40,418 nt of DNA from a virus (Duplodnaviria > Caudoviricetes). Below the pieces are notes generated by a model. It was not told the DNA's origin, made no database searches, and was given only the letters and a program-made list of their open reading frames with translations. This document shows positions 1-9,848 of this stretch, one piece after another; the first letter of the stretch is position 1; every line of letters starts with the position of its first letter. The stretch is taken from IMG/VR virus record IMGVR_UViG_3300033067_000326, positions 1 to 40,418 of that record; one strand, given 5' to 3'. The position numbers and the translations under genes are program-made.

Positions 1-228
1 CATTCTACTGCAAGTGTAGTAGGCGGCAGCGGATATTATGGCGGCCCAGCAAACCATATTAGGAACCATAGTAATCTTGGATGGTCTGTGCAACACGGTA
101 TCGGGAACGGCGCCCCGGGAGCAGGTGGGGCTGCAAACGTAACGGATTGGGGATATGCTCACCCCCGCGGTCACTCGGCCGGAGAATACGGAACCAAAGG
201 TATGGTGACCGTATATGCATACAAATAA
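1..228 (+). CDS. 3' end of Gly-rich protein, probably tail fibre/virion-associated (5'-truncated)
   Basis: Frame 1 open to TAA at 226-228: HSTASVVGGSGYYGG...GAPGAGGA...GEYGTKGMVTVYAYK; Gly-rich with a G-x-V-x-V-Y C-terminus like phage Gly-rich domains. Confidence 0.55.
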   Translation, partial: HSTASVVGGSGYYGGPANHIRNHSNLGWSVQHGIGNGAPGAGGAANVTDWGYAHPRGHSAGEYGTKGMVTVYAYK

Positions 229-240
229 GGAAAAATTAAC

Positions 241-660
241 ATGGCGTTAAGAGGATTAATCAATAACAATGAACCTGGACGAATCTGTGAAATTGTGGAG
301 GCCGGGAATGAATTTGAAGTGCATGAATCGTTCCACTGGACAGACTTGCCAGATGGCACAACTACAGCAGATACATTGAATCCAGATGGTACAGTAACCA
401 AATTTGATATTACAAAGCAACCTGGGTTTGCGGAAAATGCGTACAAAGTTGCAAGGGGCATCGGTTACGGATCAATGGGTGATCAATTAGATATGCTTTT
501 TAAAGAGATCCAGGCTACAGGAACGATAAGTAATACTGGGCCATGGGCAACTCATATCGCTAGTGTTAAGGCCGCGATACCAAAAGATGATCCGTATGCA
601 GTACACGAATGGAATCTGCAATATTGGGAATCTATGCAAGGAAATGTTGCCCCTCAATAA
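241..660 (+). CDS. Phage protein, possible tail-fibre-associated/chaperone
   Basis: 139 aa, AAGGA RBS; motif Y-G-S-x-G-D-Q-L-D-M-L...W..HI..VK..IPK recalled from T4-like phage tail-fibre regions. Confidence 0.5.
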   Translation: MALRGLINNNEPGRICEIVEAGNEFEVHESFHWTDLPDGTTTADTLNPDGTVTKFDITKQPGFAENAYKVARGIGYGSMGDQLDMLFKEIQATGTISNTGPWATHIASVKAAIPKDDPYAVHEWNLQYWESMQGNVAPQ

Positions 661-669
661 GGGTAAAAT

Positions 670-1905
670 ATGAATTTCAAAAAGCGATTTTCGGTCGCAC
701 ATTACGATCAATTTCACGGCGAGTATTCGAGCACATATTACGAAATTATGAAAAATGCAGACCCAGCGTATCTGGAAAGTCTGCATGACATCTATTTCGG
801 CAAATACTTTTACTACGAATACAACGGTGTTCAAAAGAGGTGCGGCAATCCAATGGGTGTCGAAGCAAGTGATGAACAAATCGATTACTTGTTTAAGATC
901 CAAGAAGAGTTTGGTGTTGAAATCAGTTTGACATTCAACACTGTTGAAGTGCCGCATGAAGTGGTTTGGGATGAGAATGTTCGTGCTCAGTTTGTGGAAT
1001 GGATTGGCGGATACTATGATCGTGGCCTTCGCAGTTGCACAATGAGCAGTGAACACATTTTGCGTATGGGCGTACTTCAAGCCAGATGCCCGGATATGCG
1101 CTGGAAAAGCACAGTTAACCAAATTGTTGCAGATGCACAGCAGTTTATTGATTATGCATACTTGGGCTACAATACAATCTTGCTAGACCGCAGTTTAAAC
1201 CGCAATATCCGCGAGTTAAAGCGTATTAAACGAGCCCAGGACTACTTGAACAGTCTTAATCCTAAAAAGCGTGTGCTGACTAGTTTATTAGTCGCCGAAG
1301 CATGCATATACCATTGTCCTTTTAAGAAAGAGCACGACAGTGTGGGTGAAGTAATTGGAACCAACTACTTCCGTGGCCCTGCGGATCTAAGTTGTAACGG
1401 CTGGCGCCAGCATGGAGAGTTTGCTGAATTGCCACGCTCGGGTATTAACGTTGTGGCCGGCCAAGCAGACACCTTCAAAGAGTTTGCCGAGCTAGTAGAC
1501 ATCTTTAAGTACTCGGGACGTTTAACAAGTCCGATGTTTAAAGCAGAAGATGCAAAGCACATGCGAGCGGTGTGGTATTATGATAATATCAACAAGTTTA
1601 AACAATCAATATCATTTGCCGGGCAAACAGTGTATGCCGACAGTTTTGACGAAGTAGTTGAAAACAATCTGGGGCCAATTCACAATTGGATTCCGGGGTG
1701 GATTGATACACGGTACACTAAAGAAAATTGGCGCAAAACATACAAGCCGTACACCGGTATCTGGGCAACAGATCCGGGTAAGCGATTAGAAAAGATTCTA
1801 CGCACATGTCGCAACCAATGTTGGGATTGTCATGAGTGCGAGCGCACTTTTGGTATGCAAGACATTGACAGTGCTCTACAAATTCGCAAGTCAGGTGATC
1901 AATGA
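670..1905 (+). CDS. Peptidase U32-family-like (putative Fe-S) protein
   Basis: 411 aa; LDRSLNRN, LLVAEACIYHCP..EH, VDIFKYSGR and C-terminal CRNQCWDCHEC Cys cluster. Confidence 0.65.
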   Translation: MNFKKRFSVAHYDQFHGEYSSTYYEIMKNADPAYLESLHDIYFGKYFYYEYNGVQKRCGNPMGVEASDEQIDYLFKIQEEFGVEISLTFNTVEVPHEVVWDENVRAQFVEWIGGYYDRGLRSCTMSSEHILRMGVLQARCPDMRWKSTVNQIVADAQQFIDYAYLGYNTILLDRSLNRNIRELKRIKRAQDYLNSLNPKKRVLTSLLVAEACIYHCPFKKEHDSVGEVIGTNYFRGPADLSCNGWRQHGEFAELPRSGINVVAGQADTFKEFAELVDIFKYSGRLTSPMFKAEDAKHMRAVWYYDNINKFKQSISFAGQTVYADSFDEVVENNLGPIHNWIPGWIDTRYTKENWRKTYKPYTGIWATDPGKRLEKILRTCRNQCWDCHECERTFGMQDIDSALQIRKSGDQ

Positions 1906-2495
1906 AAGAAGTGATTATATTTGATGACTTATTGCCGCAAGGCTATGCAGACCAACTCGAAGCCGACTTAATGAGCATGCCGTTTCCGTGGCATTACATT
2001 GACGATGTAACTAACCAAAGCTACGGGTCCAACTCGGGTTTTGCTCATCTAGCATTTGACTTAGGTAAGCAACCCACCGAGTGGTACCAATTTCTTAAAC
2101 CGATTGTGTATCACATTGAAGAAGTTCAGGGCAAGCGTATGCTTGAGCTTTTGCGTATCCGAGTTGGGCTACTAATGCCGACTACGGAAGCTGACTACAG
2201 TCACAATACCCCGCATGTGGATTTTACATTCCCACACTACACTGCCTGTTACTATGTCACTGACAGTGACGGCGATACAGTTGTATTTGATCAGGCGTTA
2301 ACTGATGCCAAGTTGGACAACGTCACAGAGCAGGGTATAGTTGATTATGTAAAAGGCACCGAGTTCACAGTGCTAGGGCGAGCAAGCCCGAAGAAGAACA
2401 GTGTATGTATATTCGATGGACTAAAATTCCATGCGAGTACTAAACCAAAACATCACAGTAGAAGAATCGTAATAACAATTAACTATGTATCATAA
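1902..2495 (+). CDS. 2OG-Fe(II) oxygenase superfamily protein
   Basis: 197 aa; PHVD (HxD), distal FHAS His, RIVITIN (2OG-binding Arg); ATGA overlap with upstream gene. Confidence 0.75.
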   Translation: MKEVIIFDDLLPQGYADQLEADLMSMPFPWHYIDDVTNQSYGSNSGFAHLAFDLGKQPTEWYQFLKPIVYHIEEVQGKRMLELLRIRVGLLMPTTEADYSHNTPHVDFTFPHYTACYYVTDSDGDTVVFDQALTDAKLDNVTEQGIVDYVKGTEFTVLGRASPKKNSVCIFDGLKFHASTKPKHHSRRIVITINYVS

Positions 2496-4110
2496 TATCA
2501 AATCAATTTGTATCGTGGGCGGTGGTAGCAGTGGGTGGATGACAGCCGCAGCAATCTCTAAGATGTTGCCCGACATGGAACTAACATTGGTAGAAAGCTC
2601 GGCTATCCCCACAATTGGCGTGGGAGAAAGTACAATTGGGCACATTAATCAATTCCTAACAATGCTGGGTCTTAAAGATGAAGACTGGATGGCAGCGTGT
2701 AATGCCACGTACAAGACTAGTATCAAGTTTATTGACTTTAGGGACAATCCTGGCGAGCAACCTCATAAGTTCCATTACCCGTTTGGTATCTTTGACTTCT
2801 CGGACAAACCACGTGGTGCAATGGAATGGTTTTTAGCCGCAGCGGACCGCGGCGACATTGATCCAAGTAACTTTGCAGAGTTTTATCATGATGCAATTTT
2901 AATGACTGATCAAAACAAACTAACAAAGAACGAAGACTTTAAGATTCGCGGATTTAAGTTTAAGCAAGACACAGCGTATCACATGGATGCAGCTTTGTTT
3001 GGAAACTATTTGCGCGATAATCTCTGCTTGCCATTTGGTATGACACATATCGTTGATACGGTTGATCGAGTAGTACAACGTGAAGACGCAAGCATTGAAA
3101 AGATTGTTACCAAAGAAGGTAAGCACATCCACGCAGATTTGTTTATTGATTGTAGTGGCTTTAGAAGCATATTGTTGGATCAAACACTAAACGAACCGTT
3201 TGTTAGTTTCCACGACACGTTATTAAATGACCGTGCAGTTGCAACAGTTATTCCGTATATTGACAAAGATGCAGAGATGGAAAACTACACATCGTGTACA
3301 GCCATTGAGGCTGGATGGGTTTGGAACATCCCGTTATGGAATCGAATCGGTACCGGGTATGTTTACAGTAGCAAGCATGCAACAGAAGAAGAAGCAGAAG
3401 CTCAGTTCCGTAAACACTTGAAAAGCAATCGCATGATTTTCCCTGATGCAGCACGAGCAGATGAGTGCGAAGTGCGTCACATTAAGATCAAGCATGGTGT
3501 ACATCAACGTGCATGGGTCAAGAATGTTGTTGGGATCGGGCTTGCAAATGGATTCATTGAGCCACTTGAGAGCACAGGACTGATGCTAACTCACGAAGGC
3601 ATTATCAAACTTGTTAGTGCGTTACTGATGCGTAAAGGTCGGGTAAGCAACTACGATGTTGACTTGTTTAACTTTGGATTCCAGGAACAGATTATCGGGT
3701 TTAAGGACTTTATTAGTCAACACTATGCGTTGAGTATGCGCAATGATACGCCGTATTGGCAAGAAGTCTCTGGTAAGGTAACTTACTCACACGGCATGAA
3801 CGGTACTGAAAACTTGGCTGGGTTTAGTCATGGAGCCCAATCTCGCACAGACTTGGCATTTAGGTTGCATCGTAATCGCATGTTTGACCAAGGCATGGGT
3901 GGTATCATTTACATTGCAGCGGGAATGGGATACAATCCAGTAGAATCAAACTTCTTGCGCCACGAAGACGAAAGAGTGCATGAGAGCCCGGAAATGCGAG
4001 CACCTGTGTACGAGAATTGGCTAAAACATAAAGAAGAAGTGCTTGAGCATATCAAGACATTACCGACTCACTACGAATTCCTACGCGATAATATCTATAA
4101 TTCCAAATAA
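2485..4110 (+). CDS. Flavin-dependent tryptophan halogenase family protein (PrnA-like)
   Basis: 541 aa; VGGGSSGW FAD motif, IGVGEST, CNATYKTSIKF (catalytic Lys position), FIDCSGF, WVWNIP (WxWxIP), FIEPLESTG. Confidence 0.9.
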   Translation: MYHNIKSICIVGGGSSGWMTAAAISKMLPDMELTLVESSAIPTIGVGESTIGHINQFLTMLGLKDEDWMAACNATYKTSIKFIDFRDNPGEQPHKFHYPFGIFDFSDKPRGAMEWFLAAADRGDIDPSNFAEFYHDAILMTDQNKLTKNEDFKIRGFKFKQDTAYHMDAALFGNYLRDNLCLPFGMTHIVDTVDRVVQREDASIEKIVTKEGKHIHADLFIDCSGFRSILLDQTLNEPFVSFHDTLLNDRAVATVIPYIDKDAEMENYTSCTAIEAGWVWNIPLWNRIGTGYVYSSKHATEEEAEAQFRKHLKSNRMIFPDAARADECEVRHIKIKHGVHQRAWVKNVVGIGLANGFIEPLESTGLMLTHEGIIKLVSALLMRKGRVSNYDVDLFNFGFQEQIIGFKDFISQHYALSMRNDTPYWQEVSGKVTYSHGMNGTENLAGFSHGAQSRTDLAFRLHRNRMFDQGMGGIIYIAAGMGYNPVESNFLRHEDERVHESPEMRAPVYENWLKHKEEVLEHIKTLPTHYEFLRDNIYNSK

Positions 4111-4119
4111 ATATTGGAT

Positions 4120-4851
4120 ATGATTAACAAACTCTATAGAACAAATTATGGTGGTGAACTGATAGTAAACAGTTCAACCTACTCCAACGGTAAGTGGGAA
4201 TTTGATAAGGAGTTTGTTTATTCTATTATGTCGCCACAACAATTTGGTAAGAGTGCGTTGGTAATAGGGAATGGCATCAGTAGATCAAAGTTTGACCTGT
4301 CTTACATTAAGAATCATAAGAATGGTTCAATTGCAGCAGGCGCATTAAAAACATACGGGTGCAATGCATTATATCGAGACTATACTCCGCATTTCTTAGT
4401 AGCAGTCGGTAAAGAGATAACACAAGAGATTGTTGAGTCCCGCTACACTGAACAGAACATTGTGTATGCTCCAACGGTATCGCATGTTGCCCATCCGCAC
4501 AAGTTCTATAGAATCCCGCAAGATCCAAATTGGCACGCCGGTGCAATTGCAGCATACATGGCATGCTTCGACGGGCACAGCAAAGTTTACCTATTAGGGT
4601 TCGATGGAATTGATTCAGTTAGTCACAGTTACAATCTATACGAAGGCACAAACGGATATGCTGCTTTGCCTTATGGGTATAGTGAAGAATTCTGGGTGCA
4701 AGCAATGACTGAAGTTTTTAGCACATACTCTGAAGTAGAGTTTGTGAGAGTAGCGCCAAATCGAGATTATAGAATTCCTGAAGCATGGAAGTATGTAAAG
4801 AACTTCCGTCAAATTGACTTCAACGAGTTTGCCACTGAAGCAGACTTATAA
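4120..4851 (+). CDS. Maf/DUF115-like (glycosyltransferase-related Rossmann fold) protein
   Basis: LVIGNGISR, YGCNALYRD, G.IAAYMA..G..KVYLLGFD; start moved to ATG 4120, 6 nt after ATAAATA at 4107-4113. Confidence 0.55.
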   Translation: MINKLYRTNYGGELIVNSSTYSNGKWEFDKEFVYSIMSPQQFGKSALVIGNGISRSKFDLSYIKNHKNGSIAAGALKTYGCNALYRDYTPHFLVAVGKEITQEIVESRYTEQNIVYAPTVSHVAHPHKFYRIPQDPNWHAGAIAAYMACFDGHSKVYLLGFDGIDSVSHSYNLYEGTNGYAALPYGYSEEFWVQAMTEVFSTYSEVEFVRVAPNRDYRIPEAWKYVKNFRQIDFNEFATEADL

Positions 4852-5268
4852 AACGTGCTCTAACGTTTTAATTTTATCTAATATGCTTTGAAAATTGAAT
4901 GTGCGCCAGACACCTGGGTGCAACGGCTTTGGGTGGTCGTTGACGCTAGTCCATGCATACCCACGATGCTCGTGATTTAGTTCTGGAACAAACTCACGGT
5001 CTACACAGATCAAGTATGTGTGGTACTCGAATTTGGCATTGTCGCTGGTAAAGTGTTCGAGCGGAATAACTTTACTGTAGGATACAGTGCCAATCTCTTC
5101 GGTGATTTCTCTAGTTAGTGCCTGTGCAGGGGTTTCGTTAACTTCGACTTTGCCGCCTACTAATCCCCAATGGCCGTTATGCTTGTTCCCATTTCGCAAC
5201 AGGAACAAGTATCGTTTTGTTTGCTTGCTATAGAATAGTGCGCCTACGCCTACAGTATGATTGACCAT
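4846..5268 (-). CDS. NUDIX hydrolase
   Basis: Nudix box GGKVEVNETPAQALTREITEEIG. Confidence 0.9.
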   Translation of the reverse strand: MVNHTVGVGALFYSKQTKRYLFLLRNGNKHNGHWGLVGGKVEVNETPAQALTREITEEIGTVSYSKVIPLEHFTSDNAKFEYHTYLICVDREFVPELNHEHRGYAWTSVNDHPKPLHPGVWRTFNFQSILDKIKTLEHVL

Positions 5269-6635
5269 TCGCCTTCTCGATATACTCCCTCAATTGACTT
5301 GGTCCACTGACCGCCTAGCCATTTGTATTGAGTATTAGTAGTTAAGTTTGTTACATATTCTACTTGAGAGTGTGTGGTGCTGTCAAGGCTTACAGTCCAG
5401 TTTGAACCATTATATTGAATGATGTCGTTTGCGTGAGCAATTAAGCTGCCCCATGCCACGCTAGAACTTCCGGTTTGCCCGATGTCTTCTAGGATTAGAT
5501 ATCTAGTGCCAGTTGCAGGAGTCAACAAGTTAAGTTGATCTACGTTAACTGTTTGTGGATTAATAACAGCGTTAATTGGCGACAGTGTATTAGCTGGCGC
5601 AGTGTCAGTGTCGACGGTAAACAGTAATAACGTATCGTCGGTTGGGTGATATGCAACAGTGCCGACTAGCTCAGTTAAATTAGTGTATCCAACAGTCTCA
5701 TCGTACTCCGATGCTAACTGCAATCGAACTTGACTAATGCCGTCCTGCAAGCTGCCGTACATGTCAATGAGCGTGTGCCATGCATCCGCAGTACCTACCT
5801 TATCAGTTTGTTCTGCATTAACTAACTCGGACTTCTTGATTAGTTTTAAGGTATTGCCAACAAACAATACGCCGTATCCTAGAGGCGTAAGCATTTTCCG
5901 TGCTAGTAAATTGCTTTCTAGCAAACTGTTCTCATCAATGTTACCATTTGCATCAAATATGCTGGTAATAATTTTATGCACAACACCTAGTTGTTTAACT
6001 TTTGCAGGGCTACTGATCCAAATTGGAATCTCAAAAGTCATGGTATAAATGTCAATTGGCTCTTCAGTCCCAGTTGGCACACTTCGTCCTGTCCAATTAG
6101 TATCGGTTAAGGTTACTGTGCTTAAACTAGTCCAGTCAATGTAGTTGTCTGTGCTTTGGATCTCTAAGCTAGGATTAAAGATTGCACCAATCTGTTCAAA
6201 CAGTTGTAGCTTTTGCTCAGTATTACTGGTCCAAATGTCTAGCTTCAGTGTCATTTTGTAAGGCACCGGCATCATGCGTTCGATTGTGTACGCAGAATCT
6301 TGGGTAGTCCCGTATTCGCCTGTGGTTGGGTTGTAGCTCTTTTGACGGATCTGCATCTTGCCCACAAAGGACGGATCTTGTGTGCGGCTTTGATCGTATT
6401 GCATACCGCTAATATATGCAGCCATTGCGGGCACAGCGTTTAATGTGTTTTCACTGTTATTGCGTAAGATCATTGCAGCTTGTCTACTTGCATCACCGTA
6501 ATATACAGGAACACGTTGCAAGACAGTTTGTCCGTTACGATCCTTTCCAAACTCCACTTGGAAGTTACTCATCATGCGTATGAATTGAGTCAAGAATCGA
6601 CGTACTTGTCCGTCATAGTGAAATTGAGTAGCCAT
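5250..6635 (-). CDS. gp15: Tail terminator/sheath stabiliser, T4 gp15-like, with C-terminal extension
   Basis: N-terminal FHYD.QVRRFLTQF..M.SNFQV, RVPVYYG, MPVPYKMT.KLDIWT, QL.EQI...FNP; adjacent to gp14-like gene. Confidence 0.7.
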   Translation of the reverse strand: MATQFHYDGQVRRFLTQFIRMMSNFQVEFGKDRNGQTVLQRVPVYYGDASRQAAMILRNNSENTLNAVPAMAAYISGMQYDQSRTQDPSFVGKMQIRQKSYNPTTGEYGTTQDSAYTIERMMPVPYKMTLKLDIWTSNTEQKLQLFEQIGAIFNPSLEIQSTDNYIDWTSLSTVTLTDTNWTGRSVPTGTEEPIDIYTMTFEIPIWISSPAKVKQLGVVHKIITSIFDANGNIDENSLLESNLLARKMLTPLGYGVLFVGNTLKLIKKSELVNAEQTDKVGTADAWHTLIDMYGSLQDGISQVRLQLASEYDETVGYTNLTELVGTVAYHPTDDTLLLFTVDTDTAPANTLSPINAVINPQTVNVDQLNLLTPATGTRYLILEDIGQTGSSSVAWGSLIAHANDIIQYNGSNWTVSLDSTTHSQVEYVTNLTTNTQYKWLGGQWTKSIEGVYREGEWSIIL

Positions 6636-7738
6636 TAGTTATCCGCCTTAGGTTTAAGAGCTTTACTAAGCCCTTGCAAGGTATTATGTGTACCACCACT
6701 GTGGTCAGTGTATGTAGTAGTGTCATTGACGAATCCGCTACGTTGTGTCTTGTTATCTGGGCCGGGTGTTAGATTGGTTCTGACTGCATCTTCAATCTTA
6801 ACCCAACGATTGCCGTTGTATCTAAATAGTCGGTTAGGCACATAGTCCAAGCGTAGGTAGTAATCGCCGTTGTCTGGTGCTTCTGGGAAAACAATGCCGG
6901 CAGCAACAGCTAGGCCGTTTGGTGCAAGTCCGTCGCCTGTTAAGTAGCCGTGTACTTTGTCTTGTGGAGTCACTGCATCCTCGTCTGGATATACATCGGA
7001 TTTAATATATAGTCCGCTTGTGTCGTAACCGCTCTTAGGAAGATCAATTTCGGCTTGATCAATGATGGCATCGTTTATGTTCTGGAACTTTTGGATGGTG
7101 CTCAGGATATCGCCGATTGGTGATGTGGTGTTAGTACCGGTACTCACAGGAATGTTATTAAGTATGTCTTTGTATTCTTGGCTATCAGTTAGCGGATTCA
7201 ACTTAACACGCCAGATGTGTGGCCACCAAGTTGGGGTAAACCCTTCGCTACCAAATTGTGCATCGCTGCACACATAAAATCTTTTAAGAGCAACAGGTAA
7301 ACTTTGGTCTAATGCGTTATAATCAGTCAAGTGCTGCAACTCAATAACATCGCCGTTCATGATTTTACGTCCTAGCGTATCAACCATGTCGTTTAAGTGG
7401 AATGTCATAAACAGTGTACCAGTTTGCAAAAATAGTCCAAATTGACTTAGGTCAAAACTGTTGTCTTGCACTTGGTATTGCCCGCGCAAATCGTAAACGC
7501 TAGTGTCGTACTTGCGATCACGATTTTCTAGGAACAGCAAGTCCTGAATGTTCATTTCGCTTTGGTTTGTGTAAACTGGTTTTGTAGCATCAGTGCTGCC
7601 AGTTTGCTCGATTGGCCCTAGGTATTTGTGCAAATACACACCCACACCGCCGATGGTAAACATTTCACTGATTCTACGATCTAGAAATTTATAGTCGTTG
7701 CTGTGTTTACCGTTTTTCCAAAGGCTTAACCGTGCCAT
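6635..7738 (-). CDS. gp14: Neck protein, T4 gp14-like
   Basis: E.FTIGGV.VY, QDLLFLENRDRKY, LSQFGL, GDVIEL; position next to gp15-like gene. Confidence 0.6.
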   Translation of the reverse strand: MARLSLWKNGKHSNDYKFLDRRISEMFTIGGVGVYLHKYLGPIEQTGSTDATKPVYTNQSEMNIQDLLFLENRDRKYDTSVYDLRGQYQVQDNSFDLSQFGLFLQTGTLFMTFHLNDMVDTLGRKIMNGDVIELQHLTDYNALDQSLPVALKRFYVCSDAQFGSEGFTPTWWPHIWRVKLNPLTDSQEYKDILNNIPVSTGTNTTSPIGDILSTIQKFQNINDAIIDQAEIDLPKSGYDTSGLYIKSDVYPDEDAVTPQDKVHGYLTGDGLAPNGLAVAAGIVFPEAPDNGDYYLRLDYVPNRLFRYNGNRWVKIEDAVRTNLTPGPDNKTQRSGFVNDTTTYTDHSGGTHNTLQGLSKALKPKADN

Positions 7739-7756
7739 ACTTGTTCCTCAATGTAG

Positions 7757-7763
7757 TATTTAT
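7757..7763 (-). promoter_or_regulatory. T4-like late promoter (ATAAATA) for the gp14-gp15-NUDIX operon
   Basis: Minus strand ATAAATA-CTACATT-GAGG(RBS)-AACAAGT-ATG. Confidence 0.6.
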
Positions 7764-7766
7764 GGC

Positions 7767-7795
7767 TTGATTTGTTATCCAAAAGGTTGTACAAT
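7767..7795 (+). promoter_or_regulatory. Sigma70-like promoter
   Basis: TTGATT-17 nt-TACAAT; ATG 6 nt downstream (7802). Confidence 0.55.
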
Positions 7796-7801
7796 ATACT
7801 C

Positions 7802-8065
7802 ATGCTTAAAACACACCAAGCCCATCATGATGAGTTAGATGCTTGCCTGACGGTGCTGCAAAATACTCACAATATAGTGACTAAAAGCACATTGTGGAAG
7901 TTTTACAACAATCTGCGTCTTGCTTGGGTTGCGCTTGACAACGAAATGATTACTTGCAGGCGCCTTAATAAAGTAACACCAAAGTATAAAGACTTGGAAA
8001 GTGAGTTTACTTCGCATTACAAAAACTTTGAACAATGGCAAGTTATGGCAGCACTAATGTATTAA
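7802..8065 (+). CDS. Hypothetical protein
   Basis: 87 aa from ATG 7802, just after the -10 box. Confidence 0.65.
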   Translation: MLKTHQAHHDELDACLTVLQNTHNIVTKSTLWKFYNNLRLAWVALDNEMITCRRLNKVTPKYKDLESEFTSHYKNFEQWQVMAALMY

Positions 8066-8066
8066 C

Positions 8067-8095
8067 TTGATGCATAAAGTAACATGTGCTATAAT
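8067..8095 (+). promoter_or_regulatory. Sigma70-like promoter
   Basis: TTGATG-17 nt-TATAAT; ATG 6 nt downstream (8102). Confidence 0.6.
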
Positions 8096-8101
8096 AAGCT
8101 C

Positions 8102-8329
8102 ATGTATAAAGTAATATGTGAAAATACCACATGGGAACTGCACTCATTGGATGCAGCAATGGCCCATGCTAAGACATTAAACAAGTTTGTAACTATCCAA
8201 GGCCCAGACTTTGAGATAGTTGGAATGTTTGGCGTTGATAGCGTCAAGAATGGCAAATGCCCAGACGGAATTGAGTACGACTGGAACAAAGCGAGCCGAA
8301 TTGGCGCACCTAAACGGGTTCGCGCATGA
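8102..8329 (+). CDS. Hypothetical protein
   Basis: 75 aa from ATG 8102 (MYKVICENT...YDWNKASRIGAPKRVRA). Confidence 0.65.
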   Translation: MYKVICENTTWELHSLDAAMAHAKTLNKFVTIQGPDFEIVGMFGVDSVKNGKCPDGIEYDWNKASRIGAPKRVRA

Positions 8330-8502
8330 CACAAACAACTACACCCGAACAAGATTTAGTTTACCGTCTGCGTAAACGTGCCGAAATCCGTCGGCAAATT
8401 GCCACTCGTAAGTCAGTGCAAGAAGGCAAGCCAGACCGCATCAGCGACTTGCTGGAAGAAGCAGCCAGCGAAATTGAACGATTGAGGGGCACAGATGCGT
8501 AA
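8326..8502 (+). CDS. Small hypothetical protein (58 aa, absent from ORF track)
   Basis: ATGA overlap with upstream gene; MTQTTTPEQDLVYRLRKRAEIRRQIATRKSVQEGKPDRISDLLEEAASEIERLRGTDA. Confidence 0.75.
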   Translation: MTQTTTPEQDLVYRLRKRAEIRRQIATRKSVQEGKPDRISDLLEEAASEIERLRGTDA

Positions 8503-8647
8503 ATGGTTTGAGCGTTGGGCCGCTAGACGAGCGTTTAGGACCCTGTTGCTGTTCCATGACTTGAACATGCACAAGTTTAATCCGACTGAATCGGCTTACC
8601 TAGTCTTGACATTAGACAAAATTCGTAGTGTAATGCACGAAGACTAA
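8495..8647 (+). CDS. Small hypothetical protein (50 aa, absent from ORF track)
   Basis: GAGGGG RBS, 8-nt overlap; MRKWFERWAARRAFRTLLLFHDLNMHKFNPTESAYLVLTLDKIRSVMHED. Confidence 0.55.
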   Translation: MRKWFERWAARRAFRTLLLFHDLNMHKFNPTESAYLVLTLDKIRSVMHED

Positions 8648-8681
8648 CACATAGCTGATAAATTAAGTTATAAGGATTATT

Positions 8682-9848
8682 ATGGCGACCGTAGCTGGCA
8701 TTAAGATTAAAGTTAAAGCACCTAGAGCGGTGCGTATTGCATTTGCAGACGAAAAGTACACTGGGTCCGAACCAGTTTGGCCCGAAGAGGCTAAAGATTG
8801 GGACAATGACAAGTTCGACAGCTTTCTGCGTAAGAGTTTTTACTACTACAATTACTACTACAGTCAGAAAGACTGCAAGAAGTACGTGGTGGAGTGGCTG
8901 CAAAAGAACAGCAAGCTATCCATTGAAGAAGTTAAAGCCTTTAACCGCGCAGGCGACCGCTTGCTACCAATGACAGTGTGCAGTTTGATTATGGCGCATC
9001 GTAACGGAATGCCATTCCGTGGACGCCATATTGAGTTTATTGTTAACAGCGTTATGGATGTTGTGGCACAAGCAGAACCAGAAGTAGTAGAAGTAGCTGA
9101 AGGTGACAAACCTAAGGCATACGTGCCTACAATCCAGGATCGCTTAAACGAAAAGACCAGCGAAATCATTGGTGAGCTCGAAGGCATTTACGACGATATT
9201 GCAACAGGGGTAAAGAACCCCACTAAGCTGTACGACTTTTTGGTTAGTAACAACGTGGTGCAAAGCCAGTTAGGTAAGTATGAAGAACTTTACAACAGGC
9301 GTAAAGACGAACTATTACTCGCACAGTCTAAAAAAGACGAGCAAGTTAAAGAAGGTTATAGCCACCTTAAAGCCGCTGACTTCAAACGAATTATTGGGTG
9401 GATCGACGACCTCCTATCGGCCGTGGATCAGTACCGCGGGGTTAAAAAGGCAACAAAGAAGGCTCGAGTTAAAAAAGCTCCAAGCAAAGAAAAGTTGGTT
9501 GCAAAGCTCAAGTATGCAAAAGATGATAAGACCCTTAAGATTGTGTCTATCAATCCTGCAGACATTGTTGGATCAGCAGAGCTTTGGGTATACAATGCCA
9601 AAACTAGAAAAATTGGAAAGTATGTTGCAGCCGCGTATCACACTCTCAGTATTAAAGGCACGACCATCGTCGGGTACGATGAAGATAAATCTGTCGCAAA
9701 GACTCTACGAAAGCCCGACGAGCAGCTTAAAGAGTTTGCTAAAGCAGGTAAAATCGCTTTGCGTACCTTCATTAAAGATATCAAAGCCGTAGAAACTAAG
9801 CTGAACGGAAGAATCAATGAAGATGTCTTACTACTTAAAGTCGCCTAA
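8682..9848 (+). CDS. Conserved T4-like phage protein of unknown function
   Basis: 388 aa, AAGGA RBS; C-terminal LWVYNAKTRK.G.Y, SIKGTTI, KTLRKPDEQL, LNGRIN. Confidence 0.75.
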   Translation: MATVAGIKIKVKAPRAVRIAFADEKYTGSEPVWPEEAKDWDNDKFDSFLRKSFYYYNYYYSQKDCKKYVVEWLQKNSKLSIEEVKAFNRAGDRLLPMTVCSLIMAHRNGMPFRGRHIEFIVNSVMDVVAQAEPEVVEVAEGDKPKAYVPTIQDRLNEKTSEIIGELEGIYDDIATGVKNPTKLYDFLVSNNVVQSQLGKYEELYNRRKDELLLAQSKKDEQVKEGYSHLKAADFKRIIGWIDDLLSAVDQYRGVKKATKKARVKKAPSKEKLVAKLKYAKDDKTLKIVSINPADIVGSAELWVYNAKTRKIGKYVAAAYHTLSIKGTTIVGYDEDKSVAKTLRKPDEQLKEFAKAGKIALRTFIKDIKAVETKLNGRINEDVLLLKVA

